This document shows, one piece after another, positions 62,371-64,000 of a DNA stretch of 64,000 nt. This stretch comes from Octopus vulgaris (lineage: Eukaryota), in contig OX597840.1 of the NCBI GenBank assembly GCA_951406725.2, positions 20,832,001-20,896,000 of the forward strand, read 5' to 3'. A program made the position numbers and the translations under genes. Positions within the stretch are counted from its first letter, which is position 1; every line of letters starts with the position of its first letter. Under the pieces are notes generated by a model, which saw only the letters and a program-made list of their open reading frames with translations, made no database searches and was not told where the DNA came from.

Positions 62371-62463
62371 CTTCTTGACAATCTTAGAGATGTGGGTTGT
62401 CCAACGTAGATCACTGTTTACAATAATACCCAGATCACGTTCACTAGAAGACTCCTTGAGATT
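62371..62463 (-). mobile_element. CR1-clade LINE reverse transcriptase C-terminal fragment
   Basis: The minus strand reads NLKESSSERDLGIIVNSDLRWTTHISKIVKK, the typical ERDLG thumb-region motif. Confidence 0.75.
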
Positions 62464-62480
62464 GGTGTGTGTGTGTGTGC

Positions 62481-62765
62481 GCATGGCTCAGCGGTTAGAG
62501 CGTCGGGCTCACAACCATGAGGCAGTGAGTTCGATTCCCGGACCGGGTTGTATGTTGCGCTCTTGAGCAAGAAACTTTAAACGAGTTTCGACGTCACTGG
62601 CGCCTTTGCCTTTCCCTTGGATAAAATCGGTGGCGTGGAGAAAGGAGGCGGTTATGCATGGTCGACTGCTGGTCTTCCATAAAACAACATTGCCCGGACT
62701 TGTACCTTGGAGGGTAACTTTCTAGGTGCAATCCCATGGTCATTCGTGACCGAAGGGGGTCTTTA
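62481..62765 (+). mobile_element. tRNA-derived SINE
   Basis: tggctcagcggttagagcg...gagttcgattcc followed by cttgagcaag. Related copies at about 63265-63435(+) and 40400-40660(-). Confidence 0.75.
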
Positions 62766-63529
62766 ATATTACCAGTAGATCATAGATTCGGAAACGAAGT
62801 GCACTCTAAACGTTAGAACACTAATATATTGATAGGAAGTCAATTATATGTGCGGTCATAGAGTGTCTTAGCTTTATAAACGGCTCTTCGAACTCTAATG
62901 GCTGTGGGCAAACGATTTCTTTTCAAAGTGGAGGTAGAGAGACGTTACGGTCAGTTAATTTTGTAAGCAAAAAAAAACATATTTTGTCCGAGTCAGAGGC
63001 GTGACGGGGTTATCGCCCTTAGATCGGTTCCAGTTGGCAAATCGTTCGCGGCTCCAAACAACGGACGGGGAATTCCACGCTCGAACACAAAGGAAGCGGA
63101 CAAGGACAAGAGGCTTCCTTCTTTTGTATCAGTTTCTTTTGCTAAGTTAGGCAGACGTAAACAAACCAACAGCCATCGTTAAGCAGTGTTGGTGGACAAA
63201 CACAGATACAACGATGTGTGTGTGTGTAAACGCGCACATGAAGGCGAATGTCTCAGCATCTCACTGGCTCACAATCACGAGGCAGTGAGTTCCATTCCCA
63301 GACCGGGCTGTGTGTTGTGTTCTTGAGCAAGACACTTCATTCCACTCAGCTGTAGAAATGAGTTGTGGTGACATCACTGGTGCCAAGCTGTATCGGCCCC
63401 TTTGCCTTTCTCTTGGATAACATCGGTGGCGTGGAGATATTTATCTTCGACTCAAGAGGATGCTCTTGTCGAAATCTCAAGTGATGCGGATGCTGAGGTC
63501 GAGTGTTCTTCTGTTCAACGTACCAGATC

Positions 63530-63743
63530 TTTTATTCTTTTATCAGTCATGTGACTGTGGCCATGCTGGAGCACCGCCTTTAGTCAAACAAATCAACCTC
63601 AGGACTCATTCTTTGTAAGACTAGTACTTATTCTATTGGTCTCTTTTGCCGAACCGCTAAGTTACGAGTACATAAACACACCAACATCGGATGTCAAGTG
63701 ATAGTAGGGGGACAAATACAGACATACAAACATACACACACAA

Positions 63744-63780
<37 letters not shown>

Positions 63781-63922
63781 CGATGGGCTTCTTTCAGTTT
63801 CCATCTACCAAATTCACTGACAAGGCTTTGGTCATCCCGAGACTATAGTAGAAGACACTTGCCCAAGGTGCCACGCATGTGGTTGGTAAGCAAGCTACTT
63901 ACCACACAGCCACTCTTGTGCC
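63530..63922 (-). mobile_element. SINE family A copy
   Basis: Same sequence, with a small internal deletion in the head. Confidence 0.85.
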
Positions 63923-64000
63923 TACAAGCCAAAATATTCAAACTTGAGACTTTTAAAACCATTCTTTGCTTTGCACTTCTTGAACCAGGCTCTAACCCAG

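Noticed and set aside
62481-62556. tRNA-like sequence with A and B boxes (also 18203-18275)
   Set aside because: No complete cloverleaf or acceptor stem, and it continues into a SINE body. These are SINE heads, not tRNA genes.

Overview
Eukaryotic, AT-rich, repeat-dense DNA, most likely from an octopus (inferred from the SINE families and microsatellite load). The window holds one complete + strand gene, ERp44 (ER-resident thioredoxin/PDI family). I assembled it by hand from 13 GT-AG coding exons between 2298 and 51997: 1245 nt, 414 aa, with a signal peptide, CRFS active site, His cluster and C-terminal RDEL. The supplied long ORFs are almost all microsatellite artefacts. Introns and flanks contain at least four SINE-like families, mariner- and piggyBac-type MITEs, a decayed Penelope GIY-YIG fragment, a CR1 fragment and very long simple repeats, including a ~10 kb polypyrimidine tract. 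The most notable observations are: (1) an apparently intact minimal type I hammerhead ribozyme on the sense strand of intron 10, with a second one antisense in intron 1 and a Penelope remnant nearby; (2) a long hairpin downstream of the stop codon whose substitutions are mostly G-U compatible on the sense strand; (3) an intronic array of U1-5'-end-identical motifs in an apparently AG-free 10 kb tract; (4) several foldback duplexes that are candidate ADAR substrates. Repeat boundaries are approximate, and nothing was computed or searched.
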